Origin: Promethearchaeota archaeon
Lineage (GTDB): Archaea; Asgardarchaeota; Lokiarchaeia; Sigyniarchaeales; SOKP01
Length of the DNA stretch: 64,000 bases
Direction: 5' to 3'
NCBI GenBank assembly: GCA_048937405.1
Contig: JBHLNF010000006.1
Span: forward strand, 160,001 to 224,000
Below the pieces are notes generated by a model, which searched no databases, was not told where the DNA came from, and worked only from the letters and a program-made list of their open reading frames with translations. Position numbers and translations under genes: made by a program. This document shows positions 50,773 through 61,128 of the stretch, piece after piece (the first letter of the stretch is position 1; each line of letters starts with the position of its first letter).

Positions 50773-51414
50773 ATGGAAAATTTATCAGATATTGAATTAA
50801 GAGCCCATGAAAATTCAATTATAGGGAAGAAAGAAATATCATTTGCGAATGAATTAAAAAAAATTGCTAAAGAAGAATTGAAGAAAGCAGAAAATAGAGA
50901 AGCCTTAATGCAAAGTCAATTAATAATTGCTAAACTCAGAGAAGACTTAGCTGAGGAGAATAAAGAGTTAATTGACCATAAAGTAAAATCAAAACATCTA
51001 ATAAAAGCATCAGAAATAGTTTTAAAGCATGACCAAGAATTTACACATTTCCATCAAAAAAAAGCAAAAGTTCAGAAAGAAATCGCAACAATTCATAAAG
51101 AGATCGCTCAATTAGAAAGAAAAATAGCTGAAAGACGGATAGAATTAGCAAAAGAGAAAATAGATATGGGAAAAAAAAGAATTCATCTTTCCAAAAAGCA
51201 ATTGACGTTTGTTAAAGCTGTTAAAGCAGGAAAAGAAGAAGAGAAATTTAGTACCATCCAATATCAATATAAAACTGAGCAAAAAGAATTAAATGCAGCT
51301 CGAGATGATATTCTAAATATTGAAAAAGAGATCAGGAATAATGAAAATAAAATAGCAGGTTTAAAAGGAAAATTAGCACTTAAACTTGCTGAGACTGAAA
51401 AAATACTTTATTAA
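50773..51414 (+). CDS. Coiled-coil protein
   Basis: E/K-rich heptad pattern throughout. Confidence 0.65.
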   Translation: MENLSDIELRAHENSIIGKKEISFANELKKIAKEELKKAENREALMQSQLIIAKLREDLAEENKELIDHKVKSKHLIKASEIVLKHDQEFTHFHQKKAKVQKEIATIHKEIAQLERKIAERRIELAKEKIDMGKKRIHLSKKQLTFVKAVKAGKEEEKFSTIQYQYKTEQKELNAARDDILNIEKEIRNNENKIAGLKGKLALKLAETEKILY

Positions 51415-51639
51415 TCAAAGTTTTTACATAAATTTTGTTTCCTTATTTGATCATAATTTCATCAAAAATTCGAAAATAAATTACTTTAAGTGAAAAGCAT
51501 CGCTTTTTTTTTTCTTTTTTTTTCCAAAAATTGTCATTTTTTGTCTTAAAAATTTAATAATATTTTTTTTACAATACCTATTTTATTAAATTGAAGTATC
51601 AAATATTTAATAATCAATTTAGAATTTGAAAATATAATT

Positions 51640-53130
51640 ATGACTGAAGATAAAACTGAACAAACTGAAACTCCTTATGAATATTCTTTTGAATATATTC
51701 AAAAGAAATTAGAGGGGAAGAAAGACAGTTTTGGGATGTTGATGAAAGAAATCGTACGAACTGGTATATGTACTCAGTGTGGTACATGCGCTGCAGTATG
51801 TCCAGTGCTAGAATGGGATGATCTGGCTGGACAACCAAAATTAATTGGTAAATGTACTGGATGTGGAATCTGTTACAACCAGTGCCCACGAACAATCACT
51901 GATCCATACCAATTAATGGGCGATTTTAAAACAGGGTATGTTGCGAATACAAATATACCTGAGGTTATAGGAGGCCAAGATGGTGGAACAGTAACAAGTA
52001 TCTTATGCTATTTATTCGATGAACATTTAATCGATGCTGCTGTCGTTACAATGAAAGATCCTAAAAAACCATGGTATCCAGTGGCCCAAATCATTACAAG
52101 CAAAGATGATGCCATTAAGTCTTCAGGATCTATTTATAGTCACTCTCAGACTGTTGAGGCTCTCATGGATGCTGTTAGACAAGATTTTAGATCCATTGCA
52201 TTTGTAGGTACGCCATGTAATATAGATGCCGTTGCCAAGATGTTCGACAGTCCAACAGGTATGTTGAAGTATTTTATGCGATGTCATGTACTTAAAATTG
52301 GCTTATTCTGTATGGATTCATTTGCTCCTGAAGCAATTTATCCATTTTTTGAAAAAGAAGGAATAAACTTATCAAAAGTTCAAAAAATGGATATAAATAA
52401 GGGAAAGTTCCACTTATATTATGATCCACAAGGAGAACCGATAAAATCATACACTATTAGACAATTAGATAAATTTAAGTCCTCAAGCTGTAATTTTTGT
52501 ACGGATCTTACTGCTGAACATGCCGATATTTCAGTAGGCAGTGTAGGTTCTGGAACGAATAAAAATACCGTATTTGCTAGAACCGGAATAGGTACTGAAA
52601 TAATAGAAGATGCTGCTGAAAAAGGTTATCTAAAAATTGAGCCTTTCAATGCTATTAACTTGAATGCTGTTCTTTTTTTAGCAAAACTGAAAAAAGTTTC
52701 TCAATACACGGTTCAAAAGAGGAAAGTGTTTATAGTTAGAGATTCTGAGGAAATTGAAGAACCTAGAATTGAAACCAAACCAGAAACAGAACAAGCAATC
52801 ATTACTCCAACTCTAGGAGCAAGAAAATTCCTAAGTGTTACGAAAGATTTAAACGAAGATGCTAAAATAGTAAATATTTCATTAACAAATACTATTGGAT
52901 ATGTTTTAGAAGATATGAAAATCAGAATCGTAACAGTTGAAGAACTTTTTGAAAAAAGTCCATGGATTACAACAATAAGAGAACTATTTCCATTTGAAAC
53001 AATTGAAATTGGATATCCATTGGATATACCGGATGGAGAACCCGTAAAAGCTAATATTTTGATCGAAGCTTCAACTGAAGCATTTGGAAAAATCTTTTCT
53101 AGAACACTCAAAATAGCTCCAAAAGAATAA
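51640..53130 (+). CDS. FrhB/FdhB family protein with C-terminal beta-rich extension
   Basis: Ferredoxin motifs, QDGG, VGTPC, IGLFCM and CNFCTD; extra ~130 aa C-terminal domain. Confidence 0.85.
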   Translation: MTEDKTEQTETPYEYSFEYIQKKLEGKKDSFGMLMKEIVRTGICTQCGTCAAVCPVLEWDDLAGQPKLIGKCTGCGICYNQCPRTITDPYQLMGDFKTGYVANTNIPEVIGGQDGGTVTSILCYLFDEHLIDAAVVTMKDPKKPWYPVAQIITSKDDAIKSSGSIYSHSQTVEALMDAVRQDFRSIAFVGTPCNIDAVAKMFDSPTGMLKYFMRCHVLKIGLFCMDSFAPEAIYPFFEKEGINLSKVQKMDINKGKFHLYYDPQGEPIKSYTIRQLDKFKSSSCNFCTDLTAEHADISVGSVGSGTNKNTVFARTGIGTEIIEDAAEKGYLKIEPFNAINLNAVLFLAKLKKVSQYTVQKRKVFIVRDSEEIEEPRIETKPETEQAIITPTLGARKFLSVTKDLNEDAKIVNISLTNTIGYVLEDMKIRIVTVEELFEKSPWITTIRELFPFETIEIGYPLDIPDGEPVKANILIEASTEAFGKIFSRTLKIAPKE

Positions 53131-53208
53131 AAATCTAACTCAAATTTTATTAGAAAAGTTAAATGAATTAAATTATTATAAAAAGCATTAAAAAAAGGAA
53201 AATCAAAA

Positions 53209-54117
53209 ATGAAAATTAGTTTAGTTGGTCTAAGTGGATGTGGTAAAACAAGCGTATATTCTGTTGCTTTTGCTGCGAAACGACCCGAAGATACGAAAGG
53301 TTTAGCACCAACAATCCTTTATGAAACACGGAGACACCCTTTCTTGGGTTTACAGGTAGGTATCTTTGATTTCGGTGGCCAAGAAGAATTCAGGAAGGAA
53401 TATATGGATAAACCTGAAGTTTTTCGAGGAACAGATATTCTTATTCCAATAGTTTCTCTACATGAACCTAATAATTTTGATGATGCGAAAGAATATTTTA
53501 TAAATCTATTAGATCTATATAGAAAAAACAATGAGAAACCGAAAATCTTCTTGTTCCTTCATAAGTATGATACAGAGGATTACCAGAAAGAATTATTAGA
53601 CACAAACGTAAAAAAAGCAAAAGAAATCTTTTTGGATTTATTTAAGGACTATGATTTCGATTATATGCTTACCAGTATTTATGAGGAAGACAAATTAGCA
53701 AAAGTTTTCAGAGATGTGTTGATCTCAGATTATGCTGAATTAAAAACACATGTAGAAAAAGCAGAAAAACAACTTGATGAAATTAAGGCAAAAGTAATTA
53801 TCGCGGATATATCAGGTAATGTTATAGTACATAATGTTCAAGGAGTTAGTAGTGGTTTAACATTACGTGGCGACTTACGAGATTTTATTAATGCGTGTAA
53901 TACTGTAAGAGAAAACATTTTTATGGCTGATTCAGCACGATTTTCAGGACGAGATGAAGATGGTAAGGAAATTGAATTACATATCTTTAAGTACATAATA
54001 TCTGTACTCATAATGAAGCAAACTGAATTAAGCAGAGAATCTCAAGATAAATTGAACATGCTCCTTAATGATATGAAACTATTTGCTGATCTAATTATTT
54101 CAGCTCATACAGATTAA
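53209..54117 (+). CDS. Rag/Gtr1-like small GTPase with C-terminal roadblock/longin-like domain
   Basis: GLSGCGKTS, PT, DFGGQ, HKYD and TSIY; HKxD and TSI are Rag-family-type G4/G5 motifs. Confidence 0.8.
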   Translation: MKISLVGLSGCGKTSVYSVAFAAKRPEDTKGLAPTILYETRRHPFLGLQVGIFDFGGQEEFRKEYMDKPEVFRGTDILIPIVSLHEPNNFDDAKEYFINLLDLYRKNNEKPKIFLFLHKYDTEDYQKELLDTNVKKAKEIFLDLFKDYDFDYMLTSIYEEDKLAKVFRDVLISDYAELKTHVEKAEKQLDEIKAKVIIADISGNVIVHNVQGVSSGLTLRGDLRDFINACNTVRENIFMADSARFSGRDEDGKEIELHIFKYIISVLIMKQTELSRESQDKLNMLLNDMKLFADLIISAHTD

Positions 54118-54340
54118 AACATTAATTAATACTTTTTTTACTCTTTCTATTTATTTCAATGAAAATATCTCTCCATTCCCATTTTCATTTAGTATCCAGT
54201 GAAAGAATGAAGAATTCAATAGAAATCTTATATTCCAAGCAGTAGTTTTAATTTTTTACAAAATTTTTATTAACTTTTGTTAATTTGGAAATTCATTAAA
54301 GTCTCAATTAAAAAAAAGAGAATAATCTGAGGTAAAAAAT

Positions 54341-55228
54341 ATGCCTAAGGCAAAAGTAAATAATATCGAACTTGAATACGATACTTTTGGAGATCCCTCA
54401 TCAAGACCATTATTATTAATTATGGGATTAGGAGCGCAAATGATAGGATGGGATGAGGAATTCTGTAAAAAACTATTAGAACAAGATTTTTTTGTAATCC
54501 GATTTGATAATCGAGATGTTGGATTATCCACTAAATTTGAAGAAGCAGGGGTACCTAATCTACAAAAACTTATCGTGCAAAGAGAAAAAGGAGAATCAAT
54601 ATCAGTACCATATAAAATAGAAGATATGGCTGATGATGCTGTTGGGCTTTTAACAGCACTTAATATTGATAAAGCACATATATGTGGAGCATCTATGGGA
54701 GGAATGATTGCTCAAGTTATTGCATATAAACACCCTTCTCGAGTTTTATCTCTTACTTCTATTATGAGTAGTACAGGTAATCCTGATTTACCCCCTCCAA
54801 AACCAGAGGCAATGCAAGTATTATTAACCCCTCCACCCCAAGGTCGTGAAGCAATTATTGAAGCAACGGTGAAAAATCGACGAATTATTCACGGCTCAGG
54901 ACTACCTTTTGACGAAGAAAGGGCACGGAAATTAGCTATTGCTGCATATGATCGTTCATACTATCGAGAAGGATTTTCACGTCAACTAGCGGCTATATGG
55001 GGTAGTGGAAATCGAAAAGAAGCTTTGAAAACAATTTCATCCCCTACTCTTGTAATTCATGGAGATATTGATCCTTTAGTACCTGTAGAGGGGGGAAAAG
55101 ATACAGCAGAAGCTATACCAGAAGCAGAATTATTTCTTATTGAAGGAATGGGTCATAGTTTGCCTGTGCAAGTATGGCCAATGGTTATAAATGCAATTAC
55201 GGAAAATGCCGTAAAAGCATACAAATAA
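54341..55228 (+). CDS. Alpha/beta hydrolase
   Basis: FDNRDVG, GASMGG, HGDIDPLV and GMGH motifs. Confidence 0.9.
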   Translation: MPKAKVNNIELEYDTFGDPSSRPLLLIMGLGAQMIGWDEEFCKKLLEQDFFVIRFDNRDVGLSTKFEEAGVPNLQKLIVQREKGESISVPYKIEDMADDAVGLLTALNIDKAHICGASMGGMIAQVIAYKHPSRVLSLTSIMSSTGNPDLPPPKPEAMQVLLTPPPQGREAIIEATVKNRRIIHGSGLPFDEERARKLAIAAYDRSYYREGFSRQLAAIWGSGNRKEALKTISSPTLVIHGDIDPLVPVEGGKDTAEAIPEAELFLIEGMGHSLPVQVWPMVINAITENAVKAYK

Positions 55229-55242
55229 ATTTTTTTTTTTTT
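55229..55242 (+). terminator. Oligo-T tract after hydrolase stop (archaeal-type terminator)
   Basis: Long T run directly after TAA. Confidence 0.45.
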
Positions 55243-55308
55243 AATTTTAAATTCATTATATAGAATTATTCAGATTTCTAAATAAAAAAGATTTTACATT
55301 AAAGAAAC

Positions 55309-55893
55309 ATGGTTAGAACTGTAAAAAGGTGTGTATGGGCGAATCATGATCCACAGATGAGAGAATATCATGATAAAGAATGGGGTAATCCGATTCATGA
55401 TGAGCAACTTCTTTTTGAGTTTTTAATTTTAGAAGGTACCCAAGCAGGTTTGAGTTGGAGTACAATTCTACAAAAACGAGAGAACTTCAGAAATGCTCTT
55501 GATAATTTTGATTATGATAAAATTGCACAATATTCTGAAGGGAAAATTGAAAATTTAATGGATAACAAAGGAATAATAAGAAATCGACTGAAAATCGAAG
55601 CTATAATTGCCAATGCGAAGGCATTCCTAAGAGTTCAAAAAGAGTTTGGATCTTTTAATAAATATATCTGGAAATTTGTCAAATATAAACCAATAGATCA
55701 CAAATTTAAAGAGCTCTCAGAGTTACCTTCTAAAACTGAAATCTCTGAAAAAATGAGTAAGGATTTGAAAAGAAGGGGATTTAAATTTGTAGGTCCCACA
55801 ATCTGTTATGCTTTTATGCAAGCTGTTGGAATGGTCAATGATCATATAATTGAGTGCTTTAGATATGCTGAGATAAGTAAGAGGAAAGATTGA
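55309..55893 (+). CDS. tag: DNA-3-methyladenine glycosylase I
   Basis: RCVW, YHDKEWG, QAGLSW, IIRNRLKI, FVGPT and NDHxxxC motifs. Confidence 0.95.
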   Translation: MVRTVKRCVWANHDPQMREYHDKEWGNPIHDEQLLFEFLILEGTQAGLSWSTILQKRENFRNALDNFDYDKIAQYSEGKIENLMDNKGIIRNRLKIEAIIANAKAFLRVQKEFGSFNKYIWKFVKYKPIDHKFKELSELPSKTEISEKMSKDLKRRGFKFVGPTICYAFMQAVGMVNDHIIECFRYAEISKRKD

Positions 55894-55989
55894 TTAAAAA
55901 TTAAGCGTTTTAGCAGGAATCTTTACTCCATTGAATTAGAAAAAGAGAATGGAGTTCTTCCTTAGCATTTTTTCAAATATGACTCAATC

Positions 55990-56364
55990 TTAATGACTAA
56001 TTATTAATGCATTTTCAATTATTTTAACCAATTTATTAAATTTGATTGGTTTTTCTAAAAAATCAATTGCTCCAATTTCTAGAGCTTTATTTCTAACACT
56101 ATAATCAGCACTTATAAAAATTATTTTACAATGCGGATTTATAGCTAAAATCTCTTTTGTTGTTTCTAGTCCATTTTTCATGGGCATTCTATGATCCATT
56201 AGAATTATGTCTGGAGGATTCTGAAAGCTATTATAAAGTTCTAATGCTTGTTCACCATTGTAAGCCTTTCCAATTATTTCATGCCCTTCCATTTTTAAGA
56301 AACTTACAAAAAGATTAACAATATCTTTATCGTCCTCAACAATTAGGATCTTGGCGAAACTTAT
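55990..56364 (-). CDS. Stand-alone response regulator receiver (start upstream of ORF-track ATG, exact codon uncertain)
   Basis: KILIVEDD is in frame upstream of ATG 56292; MDHRMP..NG, ISA and KP motifs. Confidence 0.8.
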   Translation of the reverse strand: MSFAKILIVEDDKDIVNLFVSFLKMEGHEIIGKAYNGEQALELYNSFQNPPDIILMDHRMPMKNGLETTKEILAINPHCKIIFISADYSVRNKALEIGAIDFLEKPIKFNKLVKIIENALIISH

Positions 56365-56393
56365 CCCTCAGTTCTGTAATTCTCGTTCAATTT

Positions 56394-57209
56394 TTAGAGA
56401 TTTCTTATTTCATTAATTAATTTAGAAGCTTCTTTACATTTTCTTTCTATTAAATTCAAATTATCTTTATCAATATTCTCTTCCTTGATAATCCTTTTAA
56501 AAAGATCTGCGGAGCTGTAAATTACTTGCATAATATTTCCCAAGTTGTGAGAATATTTATCTTTCAATTGATTCTGTTGACTATTAGATATAGTATATTC
56601 TAAATGAATAAGAAGAACGATTATAAGAAATTGATTAACAATAGCAATAATATAATTTAAAATAATAACCAAAATATCATTTGTATAATAAAGTCCATAA
56701 GCATAGCCTTGATTTGCTATATAGATTGAAATTGGTAAAAAACCAAAAAGGATCACAAAACCAACAAAGTACCATCTAATACTACTCCTCATAATTTCCC
56801 TAACTATATTTAGTTTAAAGAGAGGAATTATAAAAAAAATTATAATTACTGAATTCAATACTATGACTGAAAATGATATTGAAATATTATAATCAAGAAA
56901 AATAAATAATAACATAACAGTAAATATTATAGCTATACAACTTAAAATGATATATAAAGATTTTATTTCAAGGAAGTAGGAAAATATACCAATCATTATT
57001 AAGATACCGCATAGTGAGACTAAAAGAGCGTTCAATACTAAAATAAGTTCCAGAAGAAAGGTATTTGACATAAAGTCTAATATTAGAGGTAAGACATTTC
57101 CACTAATTGCAAGCATCCATCCAACTATTAAATATAAATATCTTTTTTTCCTTAAATCATAATAAAAATTAAGAGAGGTTCCCAATCCAATTGAACGTAG
57201 GAAGAGCAT
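56394..57209 (-). CDS. Multi-TM protein with C-terminal HisKA-like helix pair (no HATPase)
   Basis: About 7 TMs, then DKYSHNLGNIMQVI H-box-like segment; upstream of the receiver gene. Confidence 0.6.
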   Translation of the reverse strand: MLFLRSIGLGTSLNFYYDLRKKRYLYLIVGWMLAISGNVLPLILDFMSNTFLLELILVLNALLVSLCGILIMIGIFSYFLEIKSLYIILSCIAIIFTVMLLFIFLDYNISISFSVIVLNSVIIIFFIIPLFKLNIVREIMRSSIRWYFVGFVILFGFLPISIYIANQGYAYGLYYTNDILVIILNYIIAIVNQFLIIVLLIHLEYTISNSQQNQLKDKYSHNLGNIMQVIYSSADLFKRIIKEENIDKDNLNLIERKCKEASKLINEIRNL

Positions 57210-57617
57210 AATTATTAGACTAAAATAAACAACAGGATTCGCTCAAAATCACCCTAAAAAGTTACTATCTGTAATAAAAAATTATACTTACAAAAATGTT
57301 ATTTTCTATGATAAAAATTAAAAAGATTTTATATTTAATCTTAATTTTTATAAAAAAAATATCTAAAGTAGAATTATGGACACTAATCTATTGTAAGTTT
57401 AATCCCAAGTTTATTTATTTCTTTTTTGATATCGTGTAATGTATATATGATAAGATATGAAAAATATCTTCGTTATTTTCTTCTTATGAAAAATAAATAT
57501 TTTTATTATATGGAAATATTTTGACAAGAGGTTATTAAAAATATTTGCTCCATAGTTACATCGTATATTATGAGTAAACTTACCTGTACATTGAATAAGG
57601 AGAATAATAAAAAAAAA

Positions 57618-58334
57618 TTACACTATAGATTTTAATTCATATAATGAGCCTTTATAGGTAGGTTCTGGTATTTCAGGACTTAATTCTTTATTTCTCTCAT
57701 TTATTAGAAATGTTTGTAATCCTAACCTTTTTGCAATCATGTCTTTATCATCATCTCCTACCATCAAGCATGCCTCCGCAGGGTATCCAATCTTGTCTAT
57801 AATCTGCTCATAATAAAGCAAATGAGTCAGAGATTTTGTAGCATGACTATTTTCAGTTGTCGTTATTAAACGATAAGGAAAATCGGCAATCCCTGCCCAT
57901 TCTAGACGTTGATCAATAGCAGTCGCTGGGAGTAAAGGTGTTGTTGCAATTACTACATCATACCCTCTATCGAAAACTGTTTGAACTATATCTCTAGCTT
58001 CTGGTTTTCTTTCTGTATATTCTCGTAGTTTTGAAAAGTCTTTTTCATAAAATTTATCAAGAAAGGGTTGAATTTCTTTTCGTGAATAACCGTCTAAAGG
58101 AAAACAAATTTTTGTATAAATATCATCATTAATATATTTACCATTATTTTCTTCAATAGCTTTTGACGCCATAAGTGTTTTGGAGATAAATTTCTCAGGT
58201 GGAATAATATGTGCTACACTTTGAGCTAATAACCTTAAATATTGTGAAGTAAATTTATCAAAATCAATATCTAATAATGTTCCATCGAGATCAAATAATA
58301 TAGCCTTGATTTTACCGTTAAGTTTATCTTTCAT
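57618..58334 (-). CDS. HAD superfamily hydrolase
   Basis: FDLDGTL, ATT, K and MVGDD motifs. Confidence 0.9.
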   Translation of the reverse strand: MKDKLNGKIKAILFDLDGTLLDIDFDKFTSQYLRLLAQSVAHIIPPEKFISKTLMASKAIEENNGKYINDDIYTKICFPLDGYSRKEIQPFLDKFYEKDFSKLREYTERKPEARDIVQTVFDRGYDVVIATTPLLPATAIDQRLEWAGIADFPYRLITTTENSHATKSLTHLLYYEQIIDKIGYPAEACLMVGDDDKDMIAKRLGLQTFLINERNKELSPEIPEPTYKGSLYELKSIV

Positions 58335-58556
58335 TGCTTAAGTTTATATTCGATTTGATCTTAAATGGGGATAATTAAAAGTGATTCAAATTATTTACTA
58401 TTTAGATTTTTACTATTGATAAAAATATTGACATTCTTGAACAAATAATATTCTAATAATAGGGAAAATAGTAATTTCCATACTTCTTATTTAATAATAA
58501 AAAGTTTTTATAAAATTCAATCTTTTTATAAAATTAATAGAATAAAAACATGATAT

Positions 58557-59777
58557 TTGTTTGGATTGGTAAAGTTAGAATTAACAGCCTTAAATAAAGG
58601 AAGTGTCTATCTAGGGGATAAACTTAATGTAAAGGTCAATTTTAACTTTGAAGAAAAAACAGATATTCTCTGGAGTGGGATTAGATTAATTACTAATCCA
58701 CCTTGTGCCAAAGAACTTCAGGTTTCTAAAGAGGAGATCTTTAGTAAAGGAACTTTTGAACCTGGAGAATATATACGTGAAAAATCGATTTTAATAAAAA
58801 ATAATATTGTCCCTACTATAGAAAATAGAAATCTCAAATACTTTTTAAAATTAATTTTAAGACAACCAAATCCAATCAATCCAGAAGAAGATTTGATTAT
58901 TAACAAGTCCCATGATGTTGAGATAAAAGCCAGAAATTCTGGACTTCAAGTTAAAACACCAAAACCAATTTCATTTTCAATATCAGGACTTAATATACTT
59001 CTTACTAAAGATATTTATAAACCTGGAGAGACTATAAAAGTTGGTTATACTTCAGAAGAACTTAAACAAATCGAAATCAGATTACTCCAAAATTCAAACT
59101 TGGTTTGTTTTTGTGAAGCCTATGGTGATAATTGCAGTAAGGTTGAGGAACTTCCACCTGCAATTGCGGGAGATGCTAAAACACAGAATTTTGACAAAGA
59201 TTTTTTACTTTTAAAGGTTCCTGAAGTAGCCGAACCAAGTCATAATTATTTATGGTCACCATCTGAAAAAGAGCAATTTGGTTTTAGATTTGGTGCTTAT
59301 ACAAAATGGAGTTTACTGGTAATCGGAAAGAAAAAACCAGAGTATGGTCTAGAACCTATCAGGCTCGAAGTTCCTATTACTATCTCTTCTGGTCCGATAT
59401 CAACAGAAAAAACAGGCATCGATTTATTCTCAGAAGGAACCGCTGGTGCTTCATCCTTGTTTGACGGTATTTCAAAATTCCAAAAAACCTACAAGATAAT
59501 GTCAATTGATTCTGATATTGATAAATATATCTTAAAGATAAAAAATATCTCAAAGGAAGATTTAAAAGGAGTTACAATTGTGGTTTCAGGACTTCAAGAG
59601 GGTTTGTTTGAAACCGCTCCTAATTTGACAGGTTTTAATATATGGAGAAGCGGAGAAGAAAAAGAAATTTTATATGAAACAAAACAAAATATTACCGCGC
59701 TTATTTCAATTTTTGAAGATAATAGTCAACAACGTATTAGAATCCAATCTCCAGTAACGGTGATAAACTTTTTTTAA
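58557..59777 (+). CDS. Beta-sandwich protein, possibly arrestin/Vps26-like
   Basis: Two 'VYLGDKLNVKV' / 'IYKPGETIKVG' Ig-like module starts; the fold assignment is tentative. Confidence 0.45.
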   Translation: MFGLVKLELTALNKGSVYLGDKLNVKVNFNFEEKTDILWSGIRLITNPPCAKELQVSKEEIFSKGTFEPGEYIREKSILIKNNIVPTIENRNLKYFLKLILRQPNPINPEEDLIINKSHDVEIKARNSGLQVKTPKPISFSISGLNILLTKDIYKPGETIKVGYTSEELKQIEIRLLQNSNLVCFCEAYGDNCSKVEELPPAIAGDAKTQNFDKDFLLLKVPEVAEPSHNYLWSPSEKEQFGFRFGAYTKWSLLVIGKKKPEYGLEPIRLEVPITISSGPISTEKTGIDLFSEGTAGASSLFDGISKFQKTYKIMSIDSDIDKYILKIKNISKEDLKGVTIVVSGLQEGLFETAPNLTGFNIWRSGEEKEILYETKQNITALISIFEDNSQQRIRIQSPVTVINFF

Positions 59778-59779
59778 CT

Positions 59780-60373
59780 TCAATTTACAGTTGTAGCTAA
59801 TTTATTTTCGTAGTATTTATTTAATATTTGCACCAAAATATCTTCAAAGCTCTCTAATATTCCTTCTCCCTTTAAGGCACTTGTATATCTTGTATCAATA
59901 TTTTTATATTTCTGGTATCTTATTTCTTTTAGGAAATCTACAGAATTGAACTTATATTCTAAATCTTGTTTATTAAATGCAATAATAATTGGAAGACTGT
60001 TAATTGATTCCTTGAAATATGAAATTAATTCATTCCAAGAAATTAGATTTCTGTCATATACTTCCTCATCAGAATCTATTACAAATATTACCCCGTCTAC
60101 AGCCCTTAAAGTAATAGCCCGTGTTACAAAATAGAAGTCTTGTCCAGTAGTAGTATATATATGAATTTTTAGATTCCATTCTTGATTTTGAAAGGTAATC
60201 GTGCCATAATCAAAAAATAAGGTCCTTTCAACAGTGCTTTCAATGCTACATAGTGCATCTTCTTTTCCAAATTGCGAAAATAAAGATTTTATTGAGGTGG
60301 TTTTTCCTGACATTGCAGGTCCAAAATAGACAATTTTAATACTTATAGTTTTTGCCAAATAATCTATTATCAA
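59780..60373 (-). CDS. MglA/Arf-like small GTPase
   Basis: KIVYFGPAMSGKTT, RTLFFD, TTTGQ, DGVIFVIDS, NKQD and TSA motifs. Confidence 0.88.
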   Translation of the reverse strand: MIIDYLAKTISIKIVYFGPAMSGKTTSIKSLFSQFGKEDALCSIESTVERTLFFDYGTITFQNQEWNLKIHIYTTTGQDFYFVTRAITLRAVDGVIFVIDSDEEVYDRNLISWNELISYFKESINSLPIIIAFNKQDLEYKFNSVDFLKEIRYQKYKNIDTRYTSALKGEGILESFEDILVQILNKYYENKLATTVN

Positions 60374-60496
60374 TCTAATCTCGATACGCTTTTAATTGTT
60401 AATTTTAATATAGCTTTAAAAAAACCATGTTTTTCTATTATCATTTATAAAAATGAAATATAAGGATGGGAAAGGAAATTTCTTCTTTAGGATAGT

Positions 60497-60874
60497 TTAA
60501 AAAATGAGTCTATCTCCATCAATTTTATATGGGATAAGATCTCTTAATATTAATATCTCAACTTCTCTTTTTAAAATATCAGTACTCAGATTAATTTCAG
60601 TTTCTTTTTGAAGAATTTTACTTAGTTTTTGGAAACTTATTGAATTATGATTAGTCGATAGTCCAGCAATAACTTTTAGTATATTTTGTTGGTTATATAG
60701 CGAGTGAATATTAGAATCTAACTGGTATAATCTATGAGTGAGATTATAATTAAAATTACTCTCTTTCTCTATGACTTTCAATTTTTCAATTTGAGAGAGA
60801 GCTTCTCGATACTTTTCGTTCTGCATTAATTTTTGAATCTGGTTTAGATGGTCTATGAAATCCTGAGTATTCAT
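60497..60874 (-). CDS. Small helical + winged-helix (PCI-like) protein
   Basis: SISFQKLSKIL...LKREVEILILRDLIPYKIDGD resembles a PCI WH C-terminus. Confidence 0.5.
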   Translation of the reverse strand: MNTQDFIDHLNQIQKLMQNEKYREALSQIEKLKVIEKESNFNYNLTHRLYQLDSNIHSLYNQQNILKVIAGLSTNHNSISFQKLSKILQKETEINLSTDILKREVEILILRDLIPYKIDGDRLIF

Positions 60875-61128
60875 ATAGAATCAACTTTAAATATATGCTA
60901 TCTTAAATGATGTTTTAAAAAAATACTTAATCTAATAATATTTTTTCTATTATTATTTCTGCCTTAACTCCTATTTAAGTCCAATATCTTAGCAAGAGTA
61001 CTTTTGAATGAATTAATCATAAAGAATTTAACTATTAAATTTAATAAAATAGCAGAGATTTTTCATAAGTAATTTATACATATATCTTTAATTAAATTGA
61101 GAACTTATAAGAAAAAAAAAAATATAAA

